Shown one piece after another: positions 18,823 to 28,360 of a DNA stretch of 64,000 bases (position 1 is its first letter; the number at the start of each line of letters is the position of its first letter). The notes beneath the pieces were generated by a model that was given only the letters and a program-made list of their open reading frames with translations, did no database searches and had not been told where the DNA came from. The stretch lies in contig JAURAC010000002.1 in assembly GCA_030586555.1 (NCBI GenBank), forward strand, positions 1 through 64,000, written 5' to 3'. The position numbers were made by a program, and so were the translations under genes. This stretch comes from Candidatus Subterrananammoxibius californiae (GTDB lineage: Bacteria; Planctomycetota; Brocadiia; Brocadiales; Subterrananammoxibiaceae).

Positions 18823-20254
18823 ATAAGGACTTACCCATATCTACAACCTCCCCTTCCCCTCCTTGCAAAGGAGGGGATTGAGGGGTGGTGAATGGTAATA
18901 CAATGGTAAAGGTTGTGCCCTTACTAAGCTCGCTTACAAAGGATATTTCGCCTTTATAACGATGTACCAACTGCTTTACTATGGTTAAGCCTAATCCCGT
19001 GCCTTCGGTTATGACCTGCTTTGCATTTTCAGCCCTGTAAAATTCATCAAATATCCTTGACTTACTTTTTTCTGGTATTCCAATCCCAGTATCTGAAACG
19101 TCTAATTTTATCGCATTATCAATCCTTTTGGTGCTGATTCTAATTTGCCCTCCCGGCGGGGTGTACTTTATTGAGTTATCAACGAGATTAGTAATAATTA
19201 TCTCAATGTCATCTGGCACGGCATGAAGGGTGAGTCCGCCCGAGGGGGATTGTGATAAGTCCATCTGTAAAAGCACCCCTTTTCCTTTTATCTTAGACTG
19301 CATCAGTGTAATAACATTTTTTATTATCACACTTATATCTACAAGCTTCAAATCACCTTCCTTTGGCTTTTCAACCCTGCCAGCCACCAAATCAAGAAGG
19401 TCATTTACTAAATCGAGTAAAAAGCCCGTCCTTCGTTCAGCTCTTACAATCACTTCTTTTGCCTTCTCGGAGACATGGTCAGCATAGCCTTCTTCAACGG
19501 ATTTTAGCAGGCTCTGGATGGCGCTTAATGGTGAGCGGAGTTCATGTGTGACCTTGTAGGTAAAATCTGTCTTTGCCTTATCAAGCGTCTCTAATTTCTT
19601 GTGAGCCTTTGCTATGCTGTCTCTCAATTGTACGAGTGCCTCTTCTCTTTTCCTTAATTTAGCGGTAACAGAGGTGGCTAAATAGGCAGAAACATACAAG
19701 GCGCTGGCAAAGAAAAAGAGTGCGCTCAAGACGTATTTTGTATTGTTATAAAGCGCTAATGGCATTAATTCCTTAATTTTGACATGAGGGACGACCCCAA
19801 AGAATTCTAAAATGGTAAGCCCCAATATCAAAAAGAATACCAATGTAACCTGGAGAAAACATGCCCTTCTGGAAAGGAGTATTGCAGCTATGATGACGTG
19901 AAAAATAAAGTAAAAAATAAGTGGGCTTTCGAGTCCCCCTGAATAGTGAACCAGAGTAGTCAATGCCAGCCAGTCTATACAAATTTGCGTGTTGGCAAAA
20001 AAATTGTAAGGGAATAACCACCTGAGAAAAAGAAAACATATAAGATTATAGATAAGGATTGCCCCGGCGGTATAAAGGAGCGGAAAAAATGGTAATTGAA
20101 TTTGTATAGACCACGCAATCCCGCAGCCGATAAGCACACCAAGGATGGCAAACCAGCGTAAATCAATAAACCATAAGACCCTTTCTGCAAGCTCTTTCTC
20201 TACGGAGGTCTTTTCGGATACGGGAGCATCTTTATTTTTGACGTAGTTGCTCAT
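18815..20254 (-). CDS. Membrane sensor histidine kinase
   Basis: About six TMs, H-box THELRSPL, NLVDNSIKY, DTGIGI, GTGLGL. Confidence 0.95.
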   Translation of the reverse strand: MSNYVKNKDAPVSEKTSVEKELAERVLWFIDLRWFAILGVLIGCGIAWSIQIQLPFFPLLYTAGAILIYNLICFLFLRWLFPYNFFANTQICIDWLALTTLVHYSGGLESPLIFYFIFHVIIAAILLSRRACFLQVTLVFFLILGLTILEFFGVVPHVKIKELMPLALYNNTKYVLSALFFFASALYVSAYLATSVTAKLRKREEALVQLRDSIAKAHKKLETLDKAKTDFTYKVTHELRSPLSAIQSLLKSVEEGYADHVSEKAKEVIVRAERRTGFLLDLVNDLLDLVAGRVEKPKEGDLKLVDISVIIKNVITLMQSKIKGKGVLLQMDLSQSPSGGLTLHAVPDDIEIIITNLVDNSIKYTPPGGQIRISTKRIDNAIKLDVSDTGIGIPEKSKSRIFDEFYRAENAKQVITEGTGLGLTIVKQLVHRYKGEISFVSELSKGTTFTIVLPFTTPQSPPLQGGEGEVVDMGKSLYE

Positions 20255-20308
20255 TAGAAAGGAAGACTGAGGGCTGAAGGCTTAAGGCTGAAGAAAAAGA
20301 TCTTTCCT

Positions 20309-20743
20309 TTAGCCTATCTTTTCTTTAGCCTTCAGCCTATTTTTAAGGAGTTTACTGACCTTTTCAAGAAGGTCTTTTGGCTGTATTGGTTTTTCTATAA
20401 AATCGTCAACTGGTAAAAACTCCTCATCTGTTTTTGGAGAAAACCTTAAAGGTGTTTTCTGGTGAATAGCGGTTATTACAACGATAGGAATATTTCTGAA
20501 ATCTCTATATTCAGCATCAGGGCTCTGGTCGCGAAGTTTATAGGCAACGTGAAATCCTTCTGTATCTGTTTCCATCATTATATCGAGGATAATTAAATCA
20601 GGCTTTTCCTCCTTAACCGTCTTCAGTCCTTCCCTGCCGCTTCTGGCAGAGATAACATGATAGGCATTTGCCTCAAGCGGCATCCGCATGGCTTCTACAA
20701 TATCTGGGTCATCATCAATAATAAGGATTTTTGGATTAGCCAT
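20309..20743 (-). CDS. Single-domain response regulator
   Basis: ILIIDDD, PDLIILDIMM, ITA, FIEKP. Confidence 0.93.
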   Translation of the reverse strand: MANPKILIIDDDPDIVEAMRMPLEANAYHVISARSGREGLKTVKEEKPDLIILDIMMETDTEGFHVAYKLRDQSPDAEYRDFRNIPIVVITAIHQKTPLRFSPKTDEEFLPVDDFIEKPIQPKDLLEKVSKLLKNRLKAKEKIG

Positions 20744-20766
20744 ATTTTTTATTTCAAATTATATAT

Positions 20767-20858
20767 GGTAGACAACGAACTTTATGCCTGCCCGCCTCAG
20801 GAGGGTTCGTTGAAATCAACGCGCCCACAAAGTGGGCACCCGAACCTCGTTGTCTACC
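20767..20858. mobile_element. 92-bp MITE/REPIN-like element, copy 1
   Basis: Terminal inverted repeat GGTAGACAACGA...TCGTTGTCTACC; provides the TAG stop of the hydrogenase protease. Confidence 0.75.
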
Positions 20859-21384
20859 GGATTATATCTAATATAAGTTGGACTGTTCGTGGTATTGAAT
20901 CTTTTACCGGAACAGACAATTCAAGTCCCGACTCAACATTTGCAGGCTGTATGCCAACAATTTTAATTTCTGGCGTATCATCAAGTGTCTCTGCAAATTT
21001 TATAACTTCCAATAAATCGGTGTCGTGTAATGAGCATCTCTGTCCGCCTGAGGCAGATAATAAAGAAACCACCTCTTGGGGTGAGAAAACCCGTACCGAA
21101 CCTGGAGGTAAACCCATCTCAATAGCATCAATAAAAATTGCCTTCTTCGCACCGTCTATAAGGTCAAGCAACTTAAATCCTCCCAATCCACCGTCGTAAA
21201 CTTCCACGCCATTTGGCAGTTGTAGGGGCACGTGTCCGCCTGAGGCGGATGCCCCTACCAGTTCTTTTATTACATGAACACCAACACCATCATCTCTGCG
21301 CAATATATTTCCTACACCTATTATTATAACCTTTTTCACTTGAGTCGTTAACTCCTGACTCTTGACTCTCAACTCTGAACTCAT
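20854..21384 (-). CDS. Hydrogenase maturation protease
   Basis: IIGVGNILRRDDGVG, DGG..G, FIDA, SLH, VGIQP; follows the large subunit gene. Confidence 0.93.
   Translation of the reverse strand: MSSELRVKSQELTTQVKKVIIIGVGNILRRDDGVGVHVIKELVGASASGGHVPLQLPNGVEVYDGGLGGFKLLDLIDGAKKAIFIDAIEMGLPPGSVRVFSPQEVVSLLSASGGQRCSLHDTDLLEVIKFAETLDDTPEIKIVGIQPANVESGLELSVPVKDSIPRTVQLILDIIR
21222..21258. repeat. Nested in-frame repeat: TCCGCCTGAGGCGGA inside a GTAGGGGC...GCCCCTAC element
   Basis: GTAGGGGCACGTG-TCCGCCTGAGGCGGA-TGCCCCTAC; translated VGASASGGHVPLQ. Confidence 0.85.
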
Positions 21385-21385
21385 T

Positions 21386-22672
21386 TTACACAAACCTCAC
21401 CTTCATCAAATGCGTTGCGCATGAGATACAGGGGTCGTAGGCACGCACAAGCATTTCAACGGTATTAGTTATTTCACCTTTTGATTTATTGAGTATCGCA
21501 GGCACAAGGGCTTCCAAATCTTTTTCAATATTTGCAAGATTCTGGGCGGTCGGAATTATGTAATTTCCATAGGTAACACACCCGTTATCATCTAAGGTAT
21601 GTTCATGATAAAGTGTTCCTCGTGGAGCCTCAACAGCCCCAACACCACTGCCAGCCTTAGGCTTTATTTCTACCTTTTCTTGCTCAAGTCCATTTGACAG
21701 GATTTTGTCAATGAGCTCAACAGAATCCTCAAAACAATGAACGGTCTCGACAACCTGGGCAAGATTGTTCATAAAAGGATTATAACACGGAGCTTTTAAT
21801 CCGAGATATTGCGCCGCATCCTTTGCCCTTGGATGTAACTGTCTGTGGTTGTTGTTGAATCTTGCCAGCGCGCCTACCATGTATGAATCCCTCTTCGATT
21901 TTGCATGTTTTGCCGTTGAGTGAGAGACAATAAATTCCTTTACCTTTTCCAAATATCTTGACGGCTCCACCGTTCCACCATCGCTTGAGGTAATAGAGCC
22001 GTCATAAAAGGCATACTCATTGCTATGACTGAGTGAAAGATACTCTGTCTGCCTCTCAAAGCTCGGAATTTTTAATCCTTTAAAAAGCTCTATTGTCTCA
22101 ACTACATCAGGTCGTAAAGCCTCAAGTCTGTCTTTGCACCTTTTTAATTCTTTTTTATCTGGCAACTTGGTAAATCCGCCCACAATCATTGAACAGGGAT
22201 GCACATGCCTGCCGCCAATAACGGCGCATATATCGTTGGCAAGACCTTTTAATCGCATACCCCTCGCAACTATTTCCTTTTTATCAGGTAGCAAACCAAA
22301 GACACTTCCAACTCCGAAAAAATCAGGAATGGCTAAGAAGTAAAGATGAAGCACGTGGCTCTGTATAATCTCGGCGTTGTAAATGGTCTTTCTCAGCAAT
22401 ATAGTTTGCTCTGATGGGGTAACCCCAAGAGCAGTCTCAAGCGCCTTTAGCGAGCAGCTTGTATGGGACACCGCACAAATACCACAAATGCGGGATGTAA
22501 TCCATGCAGCCTCATTGAAAGTCCTACCCAGAATCATCGCCTCAAAAAAACGTGGTGATTCTACAATATCAAGGCGCAGTTCCTCAATCTTGCCTTCCTT
22601 AATATTTATGACCAAATTACCATGCCCCTCGACACGCGTTATATGTTCAATATTTAATGATAAATCATGCAT
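21386..22672 (-). CDS. hydA: [NiFe] hydrogenase group 3b (sulfhydrogenase) large/alpha subunit
   Basis: TRVEGHG, PRFFE, L1 RICGIC, EAPRG, L2 DPCISCATH with a short C-terminal extension. Confidence 0.93.
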   Translation of the reverse strand: MHDLSLNIEHITRVEGHGNLVINIKEGKIEELRLDIVESPRFFEAMILGRTFNEAAWITSRICGICAVSHTSCSLKALETALGVTPSEQTILLRKTIYNAEIIQSHVLHLYFLAIPDFFGVGSVFGLLPDKKEIVARGMRLKGLANDICAVIGGRHVHPCSMIVGGFTKLPDKKELKRCKDRLEALRPDVVETIELFKGLKIPSFERQTEYLSLSHSNEYAFYDGSITSSDGGTVEPSRYLEKVKEFIVSHSTAKHAKSKRDSYMVGALARFNNNHRQLHPRAKDAAQYLGLKAPCYNPFMNNLAQVVETVHCFEDSVELIDKILSNGLEQEKVEIKPKAGSGVGAVEAPRGTLYHEHTLDDNGCVTYGNYIIPTAQNLANIEKDLEALVPAILNKSKGEITNTVEMLVRAYDPCISCATHLMKVRFV

Positions 22673-22676
22673 GGAA

Positions 22677-23411
22677 TTATTTTGTTCTTTTGCCAAGAAA
22701 AAGTTTGCATCTTCCTATTGCCTCATCTACCGTCATGCCATGTTCTTTCAGAACATTAAGATGGGCAGATGTATTTGGGTCGTCAATAAGCCCACGACAG
22801 CCCTCACATCCGCTACCATACGTTGGGCAGATTGCCTTGCAGCCAGCCCTTGTTACGGGACCGAGGCAGAAAAGCCCTAAATCAAAAACGCAAACATTTT
22901 CTGCAAGTTTGCATTCCACACACACTGGATAGGTAGGGATTCTTGGTTTTCTGCCGAGTAATAGAGATTTTGTTACCTCTACAAATTCATCCCTATCAAT
23001 GGGACATCCCTCTATGCGATAATCTACCTTTACCACCTCTTCCAGCGTTCTTGTTGGAATTGTATCAAATTTATCAGCACGTTCTTTGTACACTATCTTT
23101 TTCACCTGCTCCATATCGAGATAGTTTTTAAGATAGTTTACCCCACCAGTAGTCGCACATGCACCCATGGCAACCAATATCTTTGCCCTTTTCCTTATCT
23201 CCTCAAGTTGTGGAATCTCTGACTGCCTCGTAATACTGCCCTCAACAAAGGCAATATCATAATCCTCACTGCGCTCGCTCATTGCTTCCCTGAAGTGAAC
23301 GATGTCCACATGCTCAAGGAGGTCAAGCAATTTTTCTTCAAGCGTCAGTACAATGAGTTGACATCCTTCACAACTTGTAAATGAGAAGAAGGCAATCTTT
23401 GGTTTTGGCAT
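22677..23411 (-). CDS. hydD: Group 3b hydrogenase small/delta subunit
   Basis: SCEGC, VEGS, GACAT.GG, GCP, VC.EC, CLGPVT.AGC.A.CP, C.GCRG. Confidence 0.92.
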   Translation of the reverse strand: MPKPKIAFFSFTSCEGCQLIVLTLEEKLLDLLEHVDIVHFREAMSERSEDYDIAFVEGSITRQSEIPQLEEIRKRAKILVAMGACATTGGVNYLKNYLDMEQVKKIVYKERADKFDTIPTRTLEEVVKVDYRIEGCPIDRDEFVEVTKSLLLGRKPRIPTYPVCVECKLAENVCVFDLGLFCLGPVTRAGCKAICPTYGSGCEGCRGLIDDPNTSAHLNVLKEHGMTVDEAIGRCKLFLGKRTK

Positions 23412-23436
23412 ATTTTCACCCTCTAATACCCTACAT

Positions 23437-23489
23437 GTAGCCGCAGGCTTTAGCCTGCGTAAAATGCGCAACCTAAAGGTTGCGGCTAC
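23437..23489. repeat. GTAG-family REP doublet, intergenic
   Basis: GTAGCCGCAGGCTTTAGCCTGCG...CGCAACCTAAAGGTTGCGGCTAC. Confidence 0.85.
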
Positions 23490-23519
23490 CTTTTTTCAAA
23501 GAAAGAACCATTGGTTTTG

Positions 23520-24392
23520 TCATATTGCTTCTGACAAAAATTTAAGTGTCCGGTAACTGAAAACAGGTCCTTCCTGGCAAACATAAACGCTATTTATCTG
23601 GCAGTGTCCACACTTACCCACACCGCACTTCATCCTTCTTTCAAGTGAAATGTATATTTGTGCTTCTGGAATCTTCTTTATCCCCAATTCCATCAACACG
23701 TATTTGTACATAACTGGTGGTCCAACAATTAGAGCATAAGTTCGTTTTGCATCAATTTCAAGCGGCGGAATAAGCCTTGTTATAACACCTGATTTGCCCG
23801 CCCAGCCTGAATCGGGCTTATCTACGGTTATTTCACATTCAATGTCTTTTCTTTGCTGCCAGCCAAATAACTCATCAGCAAAAAGAATCTCGGCAGGGGT
23901 CTTTGCCCCATACAGAATAGTGATATTACTGAAATCGTCCCTCCTATCAAGCACGTAGTTTATTGCTGACCTAAGGGGCACAATGCCAAGACCACCAGCA
24001 ATAAAGAGCAAATCGCAGCCTTTCATCTGAGATAATGGGAATCCCTTGCCAAACGGACCTCGGAGTCCTACTATGGCGCCTTCTTCAAGACTATGGAGCG
24101 CAGTGGTAACATCCCCCACCTTTCTGACACAAATTTCAAATGTACCATTTCCTGAAGGTAAAGTAGACCTCCCCTTTATCCCCTCCTTCGTAAGGAGGGG
24201 ATTGAGGGGTGGTGGCGATGAGGAAATAGATATTGGCGCTTCACCAATACCGAAAACGGATACCTCAACAAACTGGCCTGGTTCATAAGAAAAACTAACG
24301 CCGTCCTTTGTACGGATTTTGAACCACTTCTCTAACGCCGTAAGCCTCCTCACCTGTACTATCTCTGCCAGTGTGGGTATATATAAAGGCAT
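23520..24392 (-). CDS. hydG: Group 3b hydrogenase gamma subunit (FAD/NAD(P), 2Fe-2S)
   Basis: PGQF, GEAPIS, RGPFG.GF, AGGLG..PLRS, ERRMKCGVGKCGHC, VCQEGP. Confidence 0.92.
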   Translation of the reverse strand: MPLYIPTLAEIVQVRRLTALEKWFKIRTKDGVSFSYEPGQFVEVSVFGIGEAPISISSSPPPLNPLLTKEGIKGRSTLPSGNGTFEICVRKVGDVTTALHSLEEGAIVGLRGPFGKGFPLSQMKGCDLLFIAGGLGIVPLRSAINYVLDRRDDFSNITILYGAKTPAEILFADELFGWQQRKDIECEITVDKPDSGWAGKSGVITRLIPPLEIDAKRTYALIVGPPVMYKYVLMELGIKKIPEAQIYISLERRMKCGVGKCGHCQINSVYVCQEGPVFSYRTLKFLSEAI

Positions 24393-24407
24393 ATACTGTT
24401 TCCTTCC

Positions 24408-25511
24408 TTATTCCCTATTGCCTATTCCCTTATTCTTTATAAGACGGTTGACTACATCCACTGTGTCTATTTTAACCAGGCATACCTTGCTGCATCTGCC
24501 ACAGCCGACGCAATTTGGTTGACCATATTTTGTCATAAGATAATTAAACTTGCGATTAAAACGGTGTCTGAGACGATTCGCCCTCGACTTCCTGAAATTT
24601 TCGCCCGTAGCAACAACGGCAAAATCCTTTAGTGTGCAGGCATCCCACTGGCGGCATCTTTCACCACCGTTAAGACTTAAATCCACATTATCGAAAACAT
24701 CGAAGCAGTAGCACGTCGGACACACAATATTACAAGACCCGCATCCGAGGCATATCTCTTCCAGTTCCTTCCACGTAACATCCTCATTAGCGCCTGCAAG
24801 GACTAATGGCAGATTAGCTACTTCTGTTTTAAAACGGTACTCAAATGCCCTTTTGCGGGCTTCGTGGATTTTATTAAACTGCTCAACCTCAGCATCACTT
24901 GCATCTCTTGTTTTACCGAATTCTTTAAGGATTTCCTCGCCTTTTTTGGTACCTACAGTTATAAAGAATTTCTCCACAATATGAGATTCCTTCGCTTCGC
25001 TCGGAATGACACTTTGCATGTCAGTCAAAAGAATGTCAAAGCCTTCCTTCACATCTAATGTGCCTACTGTCTCACAAAAGCTGTACGTATCGCAATGATG
25101 GAGGCAATCTATACCCACAATTATAGTTTGCTTTCTCCTATCGAGGTAGCGATTTTCCGCATTTTCTAAAGAAAAGGTTTTATCTAAAAGTGAGATGGCG
25201 TGGATATCACAGGGACGCACGCCGAAGATTACCTGAGGTTCTACATCCACATTTTCTTCCACCGAAGGGGAAGCTCCCATTCGGAAGCAAAACAGGGTTT
25301 CTTGCTGGGGAAGCAAATATTTTTTTGGAGGGAGAAGCGTAGGTGTATAAGCATCAAGAGGGTCAGAAAACGTATCCGTTTCAGCAAAAACGCATTTTCC
25401 CTTTCCCTTCTCCATTACGGAAAAGACCTTGTTTTTCTTCTTTAAACTTTCGTAAAGAAGGGGTAAATCTTCTTTCAATAGTATTTGCGGTTTCACAATT
25501 CCTAACTCCAA
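24408..25511 (-). CDS. hydB: Group 3b hydrogenase beta subunit (4Fe-4S)
   Basis: GVRPCD, CLGCGSCNIVCPTCYCF, R.WDAC, CVGCGRC...C. Confidence 0.92.
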   Translation of the reverse strand: MELGIVKPQILLKEDLPLLYESLKKKNKVFSVMEKGKGKCVFAETDTFSDPLDAYTPTLLPPKKYLLPQQETLFCFRMGASPSVEENVDVEPQVIFGVRPCDIHAISLLDKTFSLENAENRYLDRRKQTIIVGIDCLHHCDTYSFCETVGTLDVKEGFDILLTDMQSVIPSEAKESHIVEKFFITVGTKKGEEILKEFGKTRDASDAEVEQFNKIHEARKRAFEYRFKTEVANLPLVLAGANEDVTWKELEEICLGCGSCNIVCPTCYCFDVFDNVDLSLNGGERCRQWDACTLKDFAVVATGENFRKSRANRLRHRFNRKFNYLMTKYGQPNCVGCGRCSKVCLVKIDTVDVVNRLIKNKGIGNRE

Positions 25512-25563
25512 ACTCTCAAAGGCTCAGAACAGGGCAAACGCCGTTTGCCCCTACAAATCAACT

Positions 25564-27231
25564 CTAAACTTCCAACTCTGACGTCCAAGCCAGGATGCTG
25601 CCATCCATATATTTTACATTTCTAAATCCTGCATTTTTTAAGATGCGATAGGCTTGGGCTGCACGTAAGCCTCCGCGACAGTAAGTAATAATCTCCTTAG
25701 TATTATCAAGTTCATTTGTTCGTGACGCAAGTTTATCCAACGGAATGTTTCGACACCCCTTAATATGACCACTTTTATATTCTGCCTCTGTCCTCACATC
25801 GAGTAATACGAAATCATCACCCTTATTATGTTTCTCTGCGACTGTTTGTGGAAGAATGCCCAACGTCTTTCCTGATAATTTATTGTTCAGGACGTTTGCA
25901 GCTATGATGATGGCATCCATCACCATGGAATAAGGTGGGGCATAGGCAAGATCGAGTTTGGAGATTTGGTCAACCGTTGCGCCAAATGTCAAAGCTGTTG
26001 CTATAATATCAATGCGTTTGTCTACCACACCCTCACCAACAATCTCTGCACCCAGGAGTCTTTTGGTGGTTACATCGGCGATGAGTTTAATAATAATATC
26101 CTTTGTTCCCGGATAATAGTGTGCCATATCCCCTGCAGGGACGATGGCGGATTCGGTCTTAAAACCCTCTTTAATTGCCTCCCGTTCAGATAGACCCACC
26201 TTCCCTACGTTCAGGTCAAAAACCTTTACAATCAGGGTGCCCAAAACACCTTTAAAGGTATCGTTACCACCTGTGACATTAATAGCAGCAACACGGCCCA
26301 TCTTAGCCGCTGTAGAACCTAATGCAATCCATGCAGGTTTCCCTGTTACTAAGTGGATGCTCTCGGCACAATCGCCAATGGCGTATACATCGGAAATATT
26401 TGTCTCCATCCGCTCATTCACCTTTATGGCTCGTGTGGTACCAATCTCTATACCAGCCTCCTGGGCTAATTTGGTATTGGGTTTGATACCAATAGATAGG
26501 ACGACCATATCTGCCGGCAACTGTCGTTTGCCAGTAATTACCTTTCTCACAGTACCATTTCCCTCGAAGGATTTTACACCGTCCGAAGTAATGACCTCGA
26601 CACCTTTCTCTTTTAAGCGGTTTTGAACGAGTAACGCCATATCTTTGTCCAGAGGAGGCAAGATTTGGTCTAAAAGCTCAACAACAATCACCCTAATACC
26701 TCTCAAAACGAGATTCTCCACCATTTCGAGACCAATAAGCCCCCCTCCTACAATCACGGCATTTTTGACCTTCCCACTATCCACAAATGACTTTATCTTT
26801 AAAGCATCGCTAATGGTTCTCAGCGTAAAGATATTGACGAGAGAAATTCCCATCAGTGGAGGAACAATGGGCTGTGCCCCCGTGGCAATAATAAGCTTAT
26901 CATAATTAAAAATAAGGTCTTGTCCCTTCGCAAGGTCCCTGACCTTGACCTGCTTCGACTCTGTATCAATAGCAGTAGCCTGATGCTTGATAAGAACATC
27001 TATATTATGCATATTCTTGAAATAGGGAGGTTCTCGGACGATAAGCTTTTTAGAATCCTTGACAATATTTCCTATAAAATAAGGCGTGCCACAGCTTGCG
27101 TAGGAAATATATTGCTCATCAGTTACAACAGTAATCTTCATAAAGGGTGACTCTCGCCGTGCCTTAGCGGCTGCCTTCATACCCGCCGCTACGCCACCAA
27201 TGATTACAAGACGTTTACCCTCGGTTGACAT
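25564..27231 (-). CDS. CoA-disulfide/persulfide reductase with C-terminal rhodanese domain
   Basis: IIGGVAAG, SYASCG.PY redox Cys, GGGLIGLE, YAPPYS, rhodanese LLDVR...YCRGGLR. Confidence 0.9.
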   Translation of the reverse strand: MSTEGKRLVIIGGVAAGMKAAAKARRESPFMKITVVTDEQYISYASCGTPYFIGNIVKDSKKLIVREPPYFKNMHNIDVLIKHQATAIDTESKQVKVRDLAKGQDLIFNYDKLIIATGAQPIVPPLMGISLVNIFTLRTISDALKIKSFVDSGKVKNAVIVGGGLIGLEMVENLVLRGIRVIVVELLDQILPPLDKDMALLVQNRLKEKGVEVITSDGVKSFEGNGTVRKVITGKRQLPADMVVLSIGIKPNTKLAQEAGIEIGTTRAIKVNERMETNISDVYAIGDCAESIHLVTGKPAWIALGSTAAKMGRVAAINVTGGNDTFKGVLGTLIVKVFDLNVGKVGLSEREAIKEGFKTESAIVPAGDMAHYYPGTKDIIIKLIADVTTKRLLGAEIVGEGVVDKRIDIIATALTFGATVDQISKLDLAYAPPYSMVMDAIIIAANVLNNKLSGKTLGILPQTVAEKHNKGDDFVLLDVRTEAEYKSGHIKGCRNIPLDKLASRTNELDNTKEIITYCRGGLRAAQAYRILKNAGFRNVKYMDGSILAWTSELEV

Positions 27232-27268
27232 ACAACTTTCTCCAATTAATCTTTCTAATACCCTTCAT

Positions 27269-28360
27269 TTAACAGATTCTTGGAAGCTGGTCTCCTACAA
27301 GCATATCAACAATCCTTGTTCCACCAATTACTGTTTTCAGGCACACCTTACCTTGTGGTTCATTAATTACTTCCCCGATGATTTCAGCATCTTTGCCTAG
27401 ATCATCTTCCTTAAGGACGTCACGCACCTTAACAGCGTCATTTGCTGAAACAACAATTACAACCTTTCCTTCATTTGCAATATAAAGAGGATCGTAACCG
27501 AGTATCTCACATAATGCCCTTACCCCGTCATTAATTGGAATGTTTTGCTCCTTTATTATTATACCATATTTTTGCCCACTAACTATTTCATTGAGTGTTG
27601 TTGCAAGCCCTCCCCTTGTGGGGTCTCTCATAAATTTTATATTAGCGCCTGAGGCAATTATCCTGCCAATCATACCTGAAAGGGGTGCACAATCGCTCTT
27701 TATGGGCGGGTTAAAGCCAAGACCTTCCCTCTCCGAAAGTACAGCCAATCCGTGGTCCCCAATCGTACCGCTAATAATTACCTTATCACCTATTTCTATA
27801 AATGACGTGGAAAGATTCATCCCATCGTCAACAATACCTATCCCACATGTGTTAATATAGAGACCATCACCCGCCTCAGGCGGTCCTCCATCCACAACCT
27901 TTGTATCCCCTGTTACAATATTGATGCCAGTAAATGCTGCCGTCTCCTTCATGGAATTGACGACCTTTTCAAGCAGTGACATCTCAAAACCTTCTTCAAT
28001 AATAAACCCTGCGGATAGAAACATGGGTCTTGCGCCTACAACTGCCAGGTCGTTTACGGTGCCGCTGATTGCAAGCCTTCCAATATCGCCTCCGGGGAAG
28101 AATATGGGTTTTACCACGTACGAATCCGTCGTGAAGGCTAACCTTGTACCATTAACCTGCAAAAGCGCAGAATCTCCCAGCAGAGATAGCGCATCGTTCT
28201 TGAAGTTGGGTAAAAAGAGATGCTTTACAAGCTCGTGGGTTAATTTTCCACCACTACCATGAGCAAGTGTTATTTTACCATACTCCCCCTTCTCCCCCCC
28301 TTGCGAAGGGGGGGACGGCGGGGGGGGTGTAGCAGATATTATTCTGTCTTTATTCGCCAT
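27269..28360 (-). CDS. hypE: Hydrogenase maturation protein HypE
   Basis: HGSGG, FTTDSYVV.P.FFPGGDIG, GDTKVV, RDPTRGG, C-terminal PRIC. Confidence 0.96.
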   Translation of the reverse strand: MANKDRIISATPPPPSPPSQGGEKGEYGKITLAHGSGGKLTHELVKHLFLPNFKNDALSLLGDSALLQVNGTRLAFTTDSYVVKPIFFPGGDIGRLAISGTVNDLAVVGARPMFLSAGFIIEEGFEMSLLEKVVNSMKETAAFTGINIVTGDTKVVDGGPPEAGDGLYINTCGIGIVDDGMNLSTSFIEIGDKVIISGTIGDHGLAVLSEREGLGFNPPIKSDCAPLSGMIGRIIASGANIKFMRDPTRGGLATTLNEIVSGQKYGIIIKEQNIPINDGVRALCEILGYDPLYIANEGKVVIVVSANDAVKVRDVLKEDDLGKDAEIIGEVINEPQGKVCLKTVIGGTRIVDMLVGDQLPRIC

